64,000 nucleotides of DNA from an uncultured Smithella sp. (GTDB lineage: Bacteria > Desulfobacterota > Syntrophia > Syntrophales > Smithellaceae). A program made the position numbers and the translations under genes. Each line of letters begins with the position of its first letter. Position 1 is the first letter of the stretch. The DNA is taken from the NCBI GenBank assembly GCA_964608995.1, contig CAZSQS010000003.1:3602-67601 (forward strand). Direction: 5' to 3'. Under the pieces are notes generated by a model that was not told the origin of the DNA, made no database searches, and saw only the letters and a program-made list of their open reading frames with translations. Shown piece after piece: positions 33,573-42,547 of this stretch.

Positions 33573-35335
33573 GGATTTGGCCGATCCAATCCTTTCACAA
33601 TCTGCGAGCGGATGATCCGGGGCAGAATCATGTGATGATGCGGGCAGATGGAGCGCGGGTTCTGGTAACAACAGTTGGCAAAGCCCACCAGATAGCGTCT
33701 TAACGCCTGGAAGCGGACCGTCTCGTCAACAAAGCCTTTTTTCGCACAATACACAGCACCGGATGTTTTGCGGTAGTGATCAACCATTTCATTCATTTTG
33801 TCGATGGTCGCCTGCAGAGGCTTTCCCTCTTGCTGATCCTTGACTAATCGTCTCGCGTAGGTTGCCGCGGCAGCCGTCTCGCCGTGCATGACATTGATTT
33901 CCGTGGCTGCGGTACCCAGGGTGAAGGCATTGTTGTCATTGGCGACCGGTCCGCACATGACATAATATCCGGCGACGCTGCCTTTGCGCAACACAATCAG
34001 CATCATCGGCAGGCGGGAGTTTTCTATTGAATACACCAGCGATTGTCCCAACCCCAGAAGTTCCGCCTTTTCCGCGTCATCCCCCACGTCCAGTCCGTCA
34101 GTGTCCTGAAACCAGACCAGGGGCGTCTTGTCGCGCGAACACAATGTGACAAACTCACTCATTTTGATAAGTCCCTGGCGGTAGAGCTTTCCTCCCGTGC
34201 CTGAATAAGCGGTTGTATATTCGGGATAATCCGGCAAAGCCTTCTGGCGATTGCCGATGACGCCGAGCAGGAACCCGTCGATTTTGACCAGACCGCAGTA
34301 GACTTCTGGTCCGAAATCCGGTCGAAATTCAAGATGCTGGGACGAATCCACCAGGCGTGCCAGCACTTGTTCAAAATCGTAGCCGATCGTTTTATCGACC
34401 GGAACAATCGAGGCAATTTCGTCGGGAGAATAAACGGGGTCGGCCGGTTCGGCCACGCGGAAAAAGCGAGGTTTGTACGCGGGCAGATCGTCCATGTAAT
34501 CTTTAATGGCGTCGAGCACCTGCGTTTCTTCATCAAAGACCGCCCGGAAAAAACCGGTGATGTCGTGATGAATTTTGACGCTGCCGGGAGGAACGGATTT
34601 GAACTTTGTGGTGGCGCTGATAATCTCTTGGGCGCGCGCTTCATTGAAAGCGCCGGCAGGTTTGATGCCGCTGATGATGCCCACGCCGCCTACGGCCATA
34701 TTGGCTTTTTTGTGCGCGAGCAAAAGGGTCGGACTGATCGACTGATAACCGCCTCCGGCGGGATTGGTGCCGTAAATACCGGCAATAACGGGATGTCCGG
34801 AAATTTCCAGCTCGGCATGTCGATAAAAACAGGCGCCCTGGCCCCGTCGGCCGGCATAGACTTTTTCCTGTTCAGGCAGTTTGACGCCCGAGCAGTTCAC
34901 CAGCCAGACCAAAGGGACATGGAGGATTTTTGCCAACTGGGTGACACGAAGATTATTTTCCGCCTGTCCGGCGATCCAGGCGCCCGCCATCCATTTATTG
35001 TTGAAACCGACGAGGATGCACCACTTGCCGTGAATACGCGCGAGGCCATCGACGACATTCGTTTGCCCCGATTCTTCGTTCCCCGGATCGAAAATGCTGT
35101 GCAGCGGGCAGAAGGTCCCCGGATCGACAAGATAGTCGATGCGCTCCCAGACGCTCATCTCACCGCGCTCATGCAGCTTCTCAAGCGGCACGCCGACGTT
35201 TTTGATCCGATCGATTTCCATATCAATGACGCGCAGAATCTCGTCGATCTTTTCGCGATTGTCCCGCATGTTTTCGATTTGTTGGGCGGAAAGGGGGGTT
35301 CCCAGCGGATCCATCTTTTCAAAGTATTGTTTCAT
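33569..35335 (-). CDS. gcdA: glutaconyl-CoA decarboxylase alpha subunit-type carboxyltransferase
   Basis: 588 aa from ATG 35335 (AAGGAG RBS). KWCILVGFNNKWMAGAW, VNCSGVKLPEQEKVY, GIYGTNPAGGGY, GGKLYRQGLIKMSEFVTLC, AEKAELLGLGQSL and YQNP.SICP.H.MILPR closely match my recollection of GcdA. The track start 35398 reads through a repeat. Confidence 0.8.
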   Translation of the reverse strand: MKQYFEKMDPLGTPLSAQQIENMRDNREKIDEILRVIDMEIDRIKNVGVPLEKLHERGEMSVWERIDYLVDPGTFCPLHSIFDPGNEESGQTNVVDGLARIHGKWCILVGFNNKWMAGAWIAGQAENNLRVTQLAKILHVPLVWLVNCSGVKLPEQEKVYAGRRGQGACFYRHAELEISGHPVIAGIYGTNPAGGGYQSISPTLLLAHKKANMAVGGVGIISGIKPAGAFNEARAQEIISATTKFKSVPPGSVKIHHDITGFFRAVFDEETQVLDAIKDYMDDLPAYKPRFFRVAEPADPVYSPDEIASIVPVDKTIGYDFEQVLARLVDSSQHLEFRPDFGPEVYCGLVKIDGFLLGVIGNRQKALPDYPEYTTAYSGTGGKLYRQGLIKMSEFVTLCSRDKTPLVWFQDTDGLDVGDDAEKAELLGLGQSLVYSIENSRLPMMLIVLRKGSVAGYYVMCGPVANDNNAFTLGTAATEINVMHGETAAAATYARRLVKDQQEGKPLQATIDKMNEMVDHYRKTSGAVYCAKKGFVDETVRFQALRRYLVGFANCCYQNPRSICPHHHMILPRIIRSQIVKGLDRPNP

Positions 35336-35354
35336 GGCGATGCTCCTTATAAAT

Positions 35355-35379
35355 ATCCCCTCCCCTTGCGGGAGGGGAT
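35355..35379. repeat. G/C-rich palindromic element ATCCCCTCCC-CTTGC-GGGAGGGGAT
   Basis: 10-bp perfect stem in the acd-gcdA spacer, followed by GAAGGGGAGGGGGG. Confidence 0.7.
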
Positions 35380-35412
35380 GAAGGGGAGGGGGGAACAATG
35401 AGAGTTTGCCGT

Positions 35413-36570
35413 CTATACCCGGTTGGGCGCGAATCCCATCGCCGCGTTGGCGACGATCATCGTATGCATATTGGAGGTGCCTTCAAGCGTTTCGAACTGC
35501 TTGCAGTCGCGCAGGAAGCGGCCGCACGGATATTCGTCGGAGTAGCCAAACGACCCGTAGAGCTTCATGGCTTCATTGGCGTCATGGACAACGACTTTCG
35601 CGCCGTAGAGTTTCGACATGGAGGTTTCCATGACATTGGGAAGCCCGCGGTCCTTGAGCCAGGCGGCTTTGTAAACCAGCGCCGCCAGGGTTTCATGACC
35701 GATTTTCATTTCCGCCACCTGCTGTTGAATGAGCTGATACCGGCCGATTTCCTTGCCGAACTGGCTGCGCTCGGTGGCGTATTTGGCGCAGGCTTCCAGA
35801 ATTGCGCCGGAAAGGCCCAGAGCGCCCGCCGAGCAGCCCAGACGCGTAGAGTTGAGCTGCGTCATGCACATCTGGAAGCCCTTGTTGAGTTTTCCTAGGA
35901 GCAGATGCTTCGGAACCTTGACGTCTTCAAAAGTAAGTTCCGCCGTATCGGATGCCCACAGGCCAACTTTTTCATTAATTTTTCGGCGTGTAATCCCGGG
36001 AAGGCTGTAGTCCATAATAAAACAACTCACGCCGTTGGCGCCTGCGTCCTTGTCGGTTTTCACGTAGAGCAGACCGTGATTCGTGACTGTGCCGTTGGTA
36101 ATCCACATCTTGTTGCCGTTGATCAGGTAGTAGTCGCCCTTGTCTTCGGCGCGGCATTTCATGGACGCGACATCCGATCCGATGTCCGGTTCGGTCATGG
36201 CGAAGCTGCCGATGTACTCGCCGGAAACGAATTTCGGAATATAGTGCTCTTTTTGCTCATCCGTTCCGAATTTCTGAATGGTGAGCGCGGGGCCCCAGCA
36301 CTGCATGTTGAATGCCATGCGCCAGGAGGTGTGCACTTTGGCGATCTGTTCGATGGCGAGCGCGCCCTCCAGAAATCCCATGCCGTTGCCGCCGTATTTT
36401 TCGTCGATGGAGAAGCCGAAAAATCCGAGCTCGGCCATCTTGTCGAAAATTTCCTTACGCCAGAAATGATTTTTTTCGTCTTCTTCCACATGCGGTGCGA
36501 GTTCTTTTTCGGCGAAATTTCGTGCCGTATCTGAAATCATTTTTTGTTCGTCGGTGAATGCAAAATCCAT
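35413..36570 (-). CDS. acyl-CoA dehydrogenase (possibly glutaryl-CoA dehydrogenase-like, from context)
   Basis: 385 aa with FAMTEPDIGSD, WITNG and ETLEGTSNMH. Adjacent to gcdA. Confidence 0.85.
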   Translation of the reverse strand: MDFAFTDEQKMISDTARNFAEKELAPHVEEDEKNHFWRKEIFDKMAELGFFGFSIDEKYGGNGMGFLEGALAIEQIAKVHTSWRMAFNMQCWGPALTIQKFGTDEQKEHYIPKFVSGEYIGSFAMTEPDIGSDVASMKCRAEDKGDYYLINGNKMWITNGTVTNHGLLYVKTDKDAGANGVSCFIMDYSLPGITRRKINEKVGLWASDTAELTFEDVKVPKHLLLGKLNKGFQMCMTQLNSTRLGCSAGALGLSGAILEACAKYATERSQFGKEIGRYQLIQQQVAEMKIGHETLAALVYKAAWLKDRGLPNVMETSMSKLYGAKVVVHDANEAMKLYGSFGYSDEYPCGRFLRDCKQFETLEGTSNMHTMIVANAAMGFAPNRV

Positions 36571-36601
36571 AATATTTAATTCCTCCCCGGTAATTTTTTA
36601 T

Positions 36602-36626
36602 CTGGATTCCCGCTCGAGCGGGAATC
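36602..36626. repeat. REP2-related palindrome CTGGATTCCCGCTCGAGCGGGAATC
   Basis: GATTCCCGC/GCGGGAATC arms, in the thiolase-acd spacer. Confidence 0.7.
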
Positions 36627-36655
36627 GTGTGGTAGATAACGGTCTCGACCGTTTC

Positions 36656-37921
36656 TTACATTCGTTCAATAACCATGCAAATGCCCTGACCGCCGCCGCC
36701 GCAAATCGTTTCCAGGCCGAAACGTGCATTGCTGCGAACCATTTCACCAAGCAGCGTGGTCAGACGCATCGTGCCGGTGGCGCCAATGGGATGCCCCAGC
36801 GAAATGCCCGAGCCGTTGATGTTGACTTTTTCGTCCATCTGTTCGTCGGAAAGCCCCGCGAGCCTCGCATCCGCCAGACACTGCACGGCAAACGCTTCCT
36901 GGACTTCTATTAAATCCATGTCGCCAATTGTCTTTCCGGCTTTTTTCAGCGCCTTGGAGACCGCGGCTGGAACGGCCGGATACGTGAGTGTCGGATTGGT
37001 GGCCGCCACCGCGCAGGAACGATAATAGGCCAGGGGGGCAATGCCCAGTTCCTTGGCTTTTTTCTCGGAGGCTAAAATGACCACGGCCGCACCGTCGTTT
37101 TCCGACGACGAGTTGCCGGCCGTGCAGACGCCGTCTTTATACACGGTTTTGAGTTTGCCGAGTTTTTCCAGCGTGCTTTCACGGCGCGGGCCTTCATCGG
37201 TTTTAAAATAAATCGTCTCGCCGCTTTTATCCTTGCCGGTCGGGACGGGTGCGATTTCATCGACAAACTTTCCTGCATCCTGGGCGGCGATGGCCCGCTG
37301 ATGGCTGCGAAGCGCCCAGCGGTCGGCCTCTTCGCGGGTGATGCCTTCATTTTTGGCGGCGGTTTCCGCCCAGGTCATCATGGAGCTTAGCTCCCCGTAG
37401 CGCCAGATCGGCTGGCTCATCACACGTCCCCGCTGAATCCGGTCATAAAAGGGGATGCCCCACATGGCCAAAGCCCCGTGGCCCCGCGGCATGAAGCCGT
37501 ATTTTTCATGGTTTTTGCCGCCCAGTCCCCACTTGACGTCGCCGGGAATGTAGAGCTCACTTTGGCTCATCGATTCCATGCCGCCTGCGATGACGATGTC
37601 GGCATTGCCCGTCTGGATCTGCAAGGCGGCGTAATAGATGCTTTCCAGCCCCGAGCAGCAGCGCCGGTCGATCATGCCGCCGGGAATTGTATCCGGCCAG
37701 TTGGCGTCGAGCACCGCCATGCGTGCGCCGTTGGCGCATTCACCGTTTTGATAGGCAGACGCCATGATGACATCGTCGATCATCGCGGGCTCAATTCCGG
37801 CCTTCTTCACCGCCGCCTGTAACACGACGCTGGCCATTCGGTAAATGGGCACGTCTTTGAGCGCGCCGCCGTACGCGCCGATGGGCGTGCGCGCACAACT
37901 GATAAAAACGACATTTTCCAT
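36656..37921 (-). CDS. thiolase (acetyl-CoA C-acyltransferase family)
   Basis: 421 aa with a CCSGLESI active-site region, GHPIGATG and CGGGGQGICMVIE. AAGGAG RBS. Confidence 0.85.
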   Translation of the reverse strand: MENVVFISCARTPIGAYGGALKDVPIYRMASVVLQAAVKKAGIEPAMIDDVIMASAYQNGECANGARMAVLDANWPDTIPGGMIDRRCCSGLESIYYAALQIQTGNADIVIAGGMESMSQSELYIPGDVKWGLGGKNHEKYGFMPRGHGALAMWGIPFYDRIQRGRVMSQPIWRYGELSSMMTWAETAAKNEGITREEADRWALRSHQRAIAAQDAGKFVDEIAPVPTGKDKSGETIYFKTDEGPRRESTLEKLGKLKTVYKDGVCTAGNSSSENDGAAVVILASEKKAKELGIAPLAYYRSCAVAATNPTLTYPAVPAAVSKALKKAGKTIGDMDLIEVQEAFAVQCLADARLAGLSDEQMDEKVNINGSGISLGHPIGATGTMRLTTLLGEMVRSNARFGLETICGGGGQGICMVIERM

Positions 37922-38164
37922 ATTTGCACTCCTTGAAATTATTTTTTAATCTTTATCTAATCGTGAATGACCGCGAAGCGGTTTATTTTATTAATGAAAA
38001 TAAGGCGCGATTAAACGTGATGCGGCATACGACGGCTTGCGCCTGAAAAAAACGTTTTTCTTATACCTCTCCTTATTCTTTTTAACCACTTTTTTTTACG
38101 TGAGAATCCGCAGATTTGATCGTGGCGTTTATTGGCGGTCAGGTGTTTATAAAGCGGGCGGAAT

Positions 38165-38195
38165 AAAAAAAGGCGGGCAAGCCCGCCTTTTTTTC
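38165..38195 (-). terminator. rho-independent terminator (GGCGGG-CAAG-CCCGCC flanked by A- and T-tracts)
   Basis: Immediately downstream of the DUF3141 gene stop (38207). The T-run follows on either strand. Confidence 0.65.
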
Positions 38196-38206
38196 GATGA
38201 GGTTGT

Positions 38207-40366
38207 TTACAGCCCCAGGCCCTTCTTAATTTTTTCGAGCATGTCCTTTTCCGCTTCCTTGTAAACGCCGTCCACCAGGCAAAGCCGCCGGGCGATGCCG
38301 AGCGCATCGAGGCGGTCGTCTTTGCTCTTGATCAGCACCGACAGCGATGCCAGCGCTTTTTCTTCGTTTGCCTGAAGCAGCGCCGTTTGTTCATGCATAA
38401 TCCGTTTGAAGTCCGCCGGACGCAGTTTGCTTAAAACCTTGTGCGTTCTGGCAATTTCATCGGCCACTTCAAAATGCCGTCTTTTGACCTCAGTCCCGAT
38501 GCGGGCGACGGCCATGTAAATGCGAATCAACCCGGCGGCGTGCCCCCCGGTTTCCATTGCGGCCAGACGTTTGTCGTAGTCAGGCCGATCCTGCTCGGCC
38601 ATATCTTCCGATTGTTGTTCCTCAACCGGTGGGAAGAGCGATCGAAGCAGACCGCTGCCGTATATCATCTGGAACATCGCCTCGGAGTTGCGATCGCGCC
38701 AGTCCCGGTAAATGTCCAGCGTGCTTTCGATATAATCGGAAAAAGCCTTTTCCAGAAGGGTAAAGGGATTGTCTGGCGATGCGGGCTTGCGGTTTTGCCG
38801 GGTAATGGAGGCGATATTCTTCACGGGCCGCATCAGCGGATTGGTGTCGGCGAAGATATAGCGCTGCAGGCGCAGCGGATGCATATAGCGAATCATTTCC
38901 GCCGATAGCTCTGTAGTCATCAGTTTCACCCACGGGCGCGCCAGTAACTGATAGAGATTGTCGTTGGTTTCCGATACCTTCGCTACGACGCTGAAATCCA
39001 CTTCGTCTTGCGTGCCGTCGTCATAGGCTGCGATGTCCTTAAAGGTGCGCGGCTCAAAGCGGGTGCTGAACTTTCCGGTGAGCACATCGCCGTCGATGAC
39101 CATTTCGTAAAGGCCCGGCTGCAGAAAATCAATCATGTCGAAGTTGCCGATAATTTCCTTGTGCTCCTTTTTGGCAATCGATCCCGCGACAAAAATGCCC
39201 AGATGGCCGATGTCCTGGTGGACGATATAGATGATGACCTGACCACAGTGCCGGATGTCCTCAACGGAATCATAGACGCGCGGAATCCAGTTGAGCGCCT
39301 GCTGGGCCGGCGTGATGTTGTCGCCCAGAGATGCAAAAACCAGAATCGGGCTTTCAATGGATTTAAGGCTGATCTTCTGACCTTCGCGAAGCTCCAGATC
39401 GCCGCGTTCCAGTTTGTTGCCGACGAACAGATTCCGCACGATATAGTGGATCTCATCGGTGGTGAGCATGAAGAAGCCGCCCCACCAGCGTTCGAAAGCC
39501 AGAAAGCGTTCCTCTTCCGTGTCTACATTGGCATAGACGTTGTAGAGTTTGGTCCAAAGTGTGTTGGCGGGATTAAGGGTTTCAAAGTTATAGACGAGGT
39601 TGGCGCCGTCGAACACGCCGTTACCCAGATCGCTGAAGAAGGAATTCACCCACACACCGCCGATCAGGCCTCCCTTGTAGCGCATGGGGTTGACACCTTC
39701 CACGCCGCTCCAGTAGGACAGGGGCGCGCCGCTTAAAACCAGGGGCCCGGATACATCGGGCCGCTCGGCGCAGGCAATCGCCGCCGCCCAGCCCGCCTGG
39801 CAGTTGCCCATGATGGCGGGCGCATCGGCGTGCGGATGCAGCTCGACGATTTTCTCCATAAATTTTTCCATGGCTGAAATGACGTCCGGCATCGTCTGAC
39901 CGGGGATGGGTTCCGTGTAGAAAAGGATGAAGTAAACCGGATGGCCATGCTCCAGCGCCATGCCGATTTCAGAGTCGCGTTTGGAGCCCCCGATGCCCGG
40001 CCCGTGCCCGGCTCGCGGATCGACAATGACGATGGGCCGCTTGGGCCTCGAAAGACGCTCTTTGCTTTTGTGTCTGCGTTCCGAACGCTTAGCCACTTCC
40101 TCCTCTTCGCAACGTCTGTCAGAGATGCGCACCAGCGCGTAATTGCAGGGACGCTCGAAGTTTTTTGCGTTGAGGATCATTTCATAATTGAAGGTGAGCA
40201 CCGGCGGCTGGCCGTTGCGGATATGGCGGATGTAGTTGTTGCCGCGCTTGCGCAGGATGTCCGTGAAAATAATCCCGCGCTGGACGGAATCGACCAGGTA
40301 TTCGCCAAGCGATTTGGACCAGTCGGTCCAGGGGCCTTTGTTGCTGAAATTGGATGCTTCCTCCAT
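38207..40366 (-). CDS. DUF3141-family (alpha/beta-hydrolase-like) protein
   Basis: 719 aa from ATG 40366 (AAGGAG RBS). N-terminal region DILRKRGNNYIRHIRNGQPPVLTFNYEMILN...NYALVRI matches my recollection of DUF3141 proteins. Confidence 0.55.
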   Translation of the reverse strand: MEEASNFSNKGPWTDWSKSLGEYLVDSVQRGIIFTDILRKRGNNYIRHIRNGQPPVLTFNYEMILNAKNFERPCNYALVRISDRRCEEEEVAKRSERRHKSKERLSRPKRPIVIVDPRAGHGPGIGGSKRDSEIGMALEHGHPVYFILFYTEPIPGQTMPDVISAMEKFMEKIVELHPHADAPAIMGNCQAGWAAAIACAERPDVSGPLVLSGAPLSYWSGVEGVNPMRYKGGLIGGVWVNSFFSDLGNGVFDGANLVYNFETLNPANTLWTKLYNVYANVDTEEERFLAFERWWGGFFMLTTDEIHYIVRNLFVGNKLERGDLELREGQKISLKSIESPILVFASLGDNITPAQQALNWIPRVYDSVEDIRHCGQVIIYIVHQDIGHLGIFVAGSIAKKEHKEIIGNFDMIDFLQPGLYEMVIDGDVLTGKFSTRFEPRTFKDIAAYDDGTQDEVDFSVVAKVSETNDNLYQLLARPWVKLMTTELSAEMIRYMHPLRLQRYIFADTNPLMRPVKNIASITRQNRKPASPDNPFTLLEKAFSDYIESTLDIYRDWRDRNSEAMFQMIYGSGLLRSLFPPVEEQQSEDMAEQDRPDYDKRLAAMETGGHAAGLIRIYMAVARIGTEVKRRHFEVADEIARTHKVLSKLRPADFKRIMHEQTALLQANEEKALASLSVLIKSKDDRLDALGIARRLCLVDGVYKEAEKDMLEKIKKGLGL

Positions 40367-40554
40367 GCCGGTTCTCCTTCGCGAACGGATTGACCCATGC
40401 TGAATCATGAGTCTTTATACATTAACGACACCGGGGGCCGTTGTCAAGCGTTCAAAATCTTTCCATAATCGACCGTTACGCGCGCCACAGACGCAAGCAG
40501 TTCCTCCCCGGAATCGCTTGAAGTTCCGTGTTGAATCTGTTAAAAATTGCGTCT

Positions 40555-41964
40555 ATGAAAAAAACAAAAATTGTCTGCACCATTGGCCCCGCATCGGAAA
40601 AAGAAGAGATTCTTGAAGCCCTCATTGTCAATGGCATGAACGTGGCGCGCCTGAATTTTTCTCATGGCTCGCACAAAGGCCATCTGCAAAAAATTGAGCG
40701 CATCCGGGCGCTTTCAGAAAAACTTGGGCGTCCGGTAGCGATTTTAATGGATCTGGCCGGGCCGAAGATCCGTATCGGATCGATTCCCGACCCCGGCGTT
40801 GTTCTTTTAGCCGGGCAGGAATTTATTCTGACCAGCCGCGACATTGAAGGGTCTGCAAAGGCCGTGTCGCTGGGCTATAAGGCGCTCCCCGAAGAAGTGA
40901 AGCCCGGAGACCGCCTCCTTTTGGCCGATGGTCTGCTGGAGATGACCGTTGAGCGCATCCGTGGCGAAGACATTCTCTGCCGGGTGGTGACCGGTGGCAG
41001 CCTCACGTCGCACAAAGGCATCAACCTGCCCACCGGCACGATCCGCACATCGTCGCTCGCCCCCAAAGACCGCGATGACCTGCTTTTTGGCTTATCCCAT
41101 GATGTGGATTTTGTCGCCCTGTCTTTCGTGAAAACGGCGGAGGATATTTCGGCCGTAAAAAAGATCATCGCCGAGTCGGGCAAGGATACGCCTGTCATCG
41201 CGAAGATTGAAAAACATGAAGCGCTACAAAATATTGACGCGATTCTTTCTACAGCCGATGGCCTGATGGTGGCGCGCGGTGATCTGGGTGTGGAAATTCC
41301 GCCGGAAGACGTGCCGCTTATTCAAAAAAGGCTCATTGCGCTGGCCAATGCGGCGGGCAAGCCCGTCATCACGGCCACGCAGATGCTGCGCTCGATGGTG
41401 GCCTCGCCACGTCCGACCCGCGCCGAGGCGGCGGATGTGGCCAATGCCGTGCTCGACGGCACCGACGCCGTGATGCTCTCCGAGGAGACGGCTTCAGGCG
41501 ACTATCCGGTCGAAGCGGTCATCTATATGAGCCGGCTGGCGATGGCGGCCGAGGCCGGATTTCCCTTCGGGAAGTATCTGTCCATGACGCCCGAAAAAGA
41601 TGTTTCCGAATCCGTGGCGCATGCCTCCTGCATTCTGGCGAGCCACCTCGACGCAAGCGCCATTGTGGTTCACACGCAATCCGGCATGACGGCCCGTCAC
41701 ATCGCGCGGTTTCGTCCGCGCCAGCCCATTTTGGCCCTGTCGCCTCATGCAAAGACGCTTTGCCGCCTGGCGCTGAGCTGGGGATGCCGCCCGCAGCTCA
41801 CACGCCGTCTTCGCGATACGGATGAGATGATCGAAACCGCCTCCGAGGCGGCGCTGGGGTCGGGCGAGGCGAAAATCGGTGATGTCATCGTGATCACCGT
41901 GGGCCACCCCATCGGCGTGACGGGCACGACGAATATGATTCGCGTGAAAAAACTGAAAGGATAA
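40555..41964 (+). CDS. pyk: pyruvate kinase
   Basis: MKKTKIVCTIGPAS, ARLNFSHG, MVARGDLGVEIP and MLSEETASG. Confidence 0.9.
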   Translation: MKKTKIVCTIGPASEKEEILEALIVNGMNVARLNFSHGSHKGHLQKIERIRALSEKLGRPVAILMDLAGPKIRIGSIPDPGVVLLAGQEFILTSRDIEGSAKAVSLGYKALPEEVKPGDRLLLADGLLEMTVERIRGEDILCRVVTGGSLTSHKGINLPTGTIRTSSLAPKDRDDLLFGLSHDVDFVALSFVKTAEDISAVKKIIAESGKDTPVIAKIEKHEALQNIDAILSTADGLMVARGDLGVEIPPEDVPLIQKRLIALANAAGKPVITATQMLRSMVASPRPTRAEAADVANAVLDGTDAVMLSEETASGDYPVEAVIYMSRLAMAAEAGFPFGKYLSMTPEKDVSESVAHASCILASHLDASAIVVHTQSGMTARHIARFRPRQPILALSPHAKTLCRLALSWGCRPQLTRRLRDTDEMIETASEAALGSGEAKIGDVIVITVGHPIGVTGTTNMIRVKKLKG

Positions 41965-41968
41965 AACC

Positions 41969-42547
41969 ATGCAGATTCTGGCGTTTAACGGATCGCCCCG
42001 GCCCGGAGGCAACACCTCCGCCCTCATCGCGGCCATGCTCGACGGCGCCCGCGCGGCAGGCGCGCGCGCAACCGAAGTTCGTCTGCATGAGCTCAACTTC
42101 AAGGGCTGTCTGGGCTGCCTGGGGTGCCGGAAAAATCCGGGCCGGTGCAGCGCCATCGATGCGTTGAGCCCTTATCTGGAAGCGATCAAGTCCTGTGCGG
42201 GAATGATTGTCGGCTGCCCCATTTACATGTACCGGCTTTCCGGACAGATGAAACTGTTTGTAGATCGTCTCTATTCCCTTTACGCCAGCAGGCCCGAGGG
42301 CGGCTACGTCGCCATGGTGCCGCCGGGAAAAACCTTTGCGCTCATCACCTCGCAGGGAGCGCCCAACCCGCATCAATATGTCAAGTCGATCACGTATCTG
42401 GCGGGCATGACGGGAAGCGGCCTGGGGTTTCAGGAGGTCGGCCGGATCATTCATACGCAAAGCGCAGACCAGCCTGCCCAGTCGGATGGCGCGCTTCTGA
42501 AGCAGGCCTTTGACATTGGCTGCCACCTGGTGCGGACATCCTCATGA
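41969..42547 (+). CDS. iron-sulfur flavoprotein (Isf)-type FMN reductase
   Basis: Flavodoxin-like ILAFNGSPRPGGNTS plus a compact Cys motif C47-x2-C50-x2-C53-x6-C60 (CLGCLGCRKNPGRC), as in Isf proteins. Confidence 0.7.
   Translation: MQILAFNGSPRPGGNTSALIAAMLDGARAAGARATEVRLHELNFKGCLGCLGCRKNPGRCSAIDALSPYLEAIKSCAGMIVGCPIYMYRLSGQMKLFVDRLYSLYASRPEGGYVAMVPPGKTFALITSQGAPNPHQYVKSITYLAGMTGSGLGFQEVGRIIHTQSADQPAQSDGALLKQAFDIGCHLVRTSS

Noticed and set aside
35336-35398. N-terminal extension of gcdA (MFPPPLHPLPQGEGIFIRSIA). Similar extensions affect cutA (60395-60469) and the ankyrin gene (52494-52733).
   Set aside because: The extensions read through palindromic repeat elements or overlap the upstream gene. 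Internal ATGs with good RBS give family-typical N-termini.
37922-38164. The A/T-rich 240-bp region upstream of the thiolase operon as a possible ncRNA or riboswitch.
   Set aside because: I could find no conserved-looking structure beyond a 5-bp hairpin (ACCGC-GAA-GCGGT). It is more simply a promoter/UP-element region.
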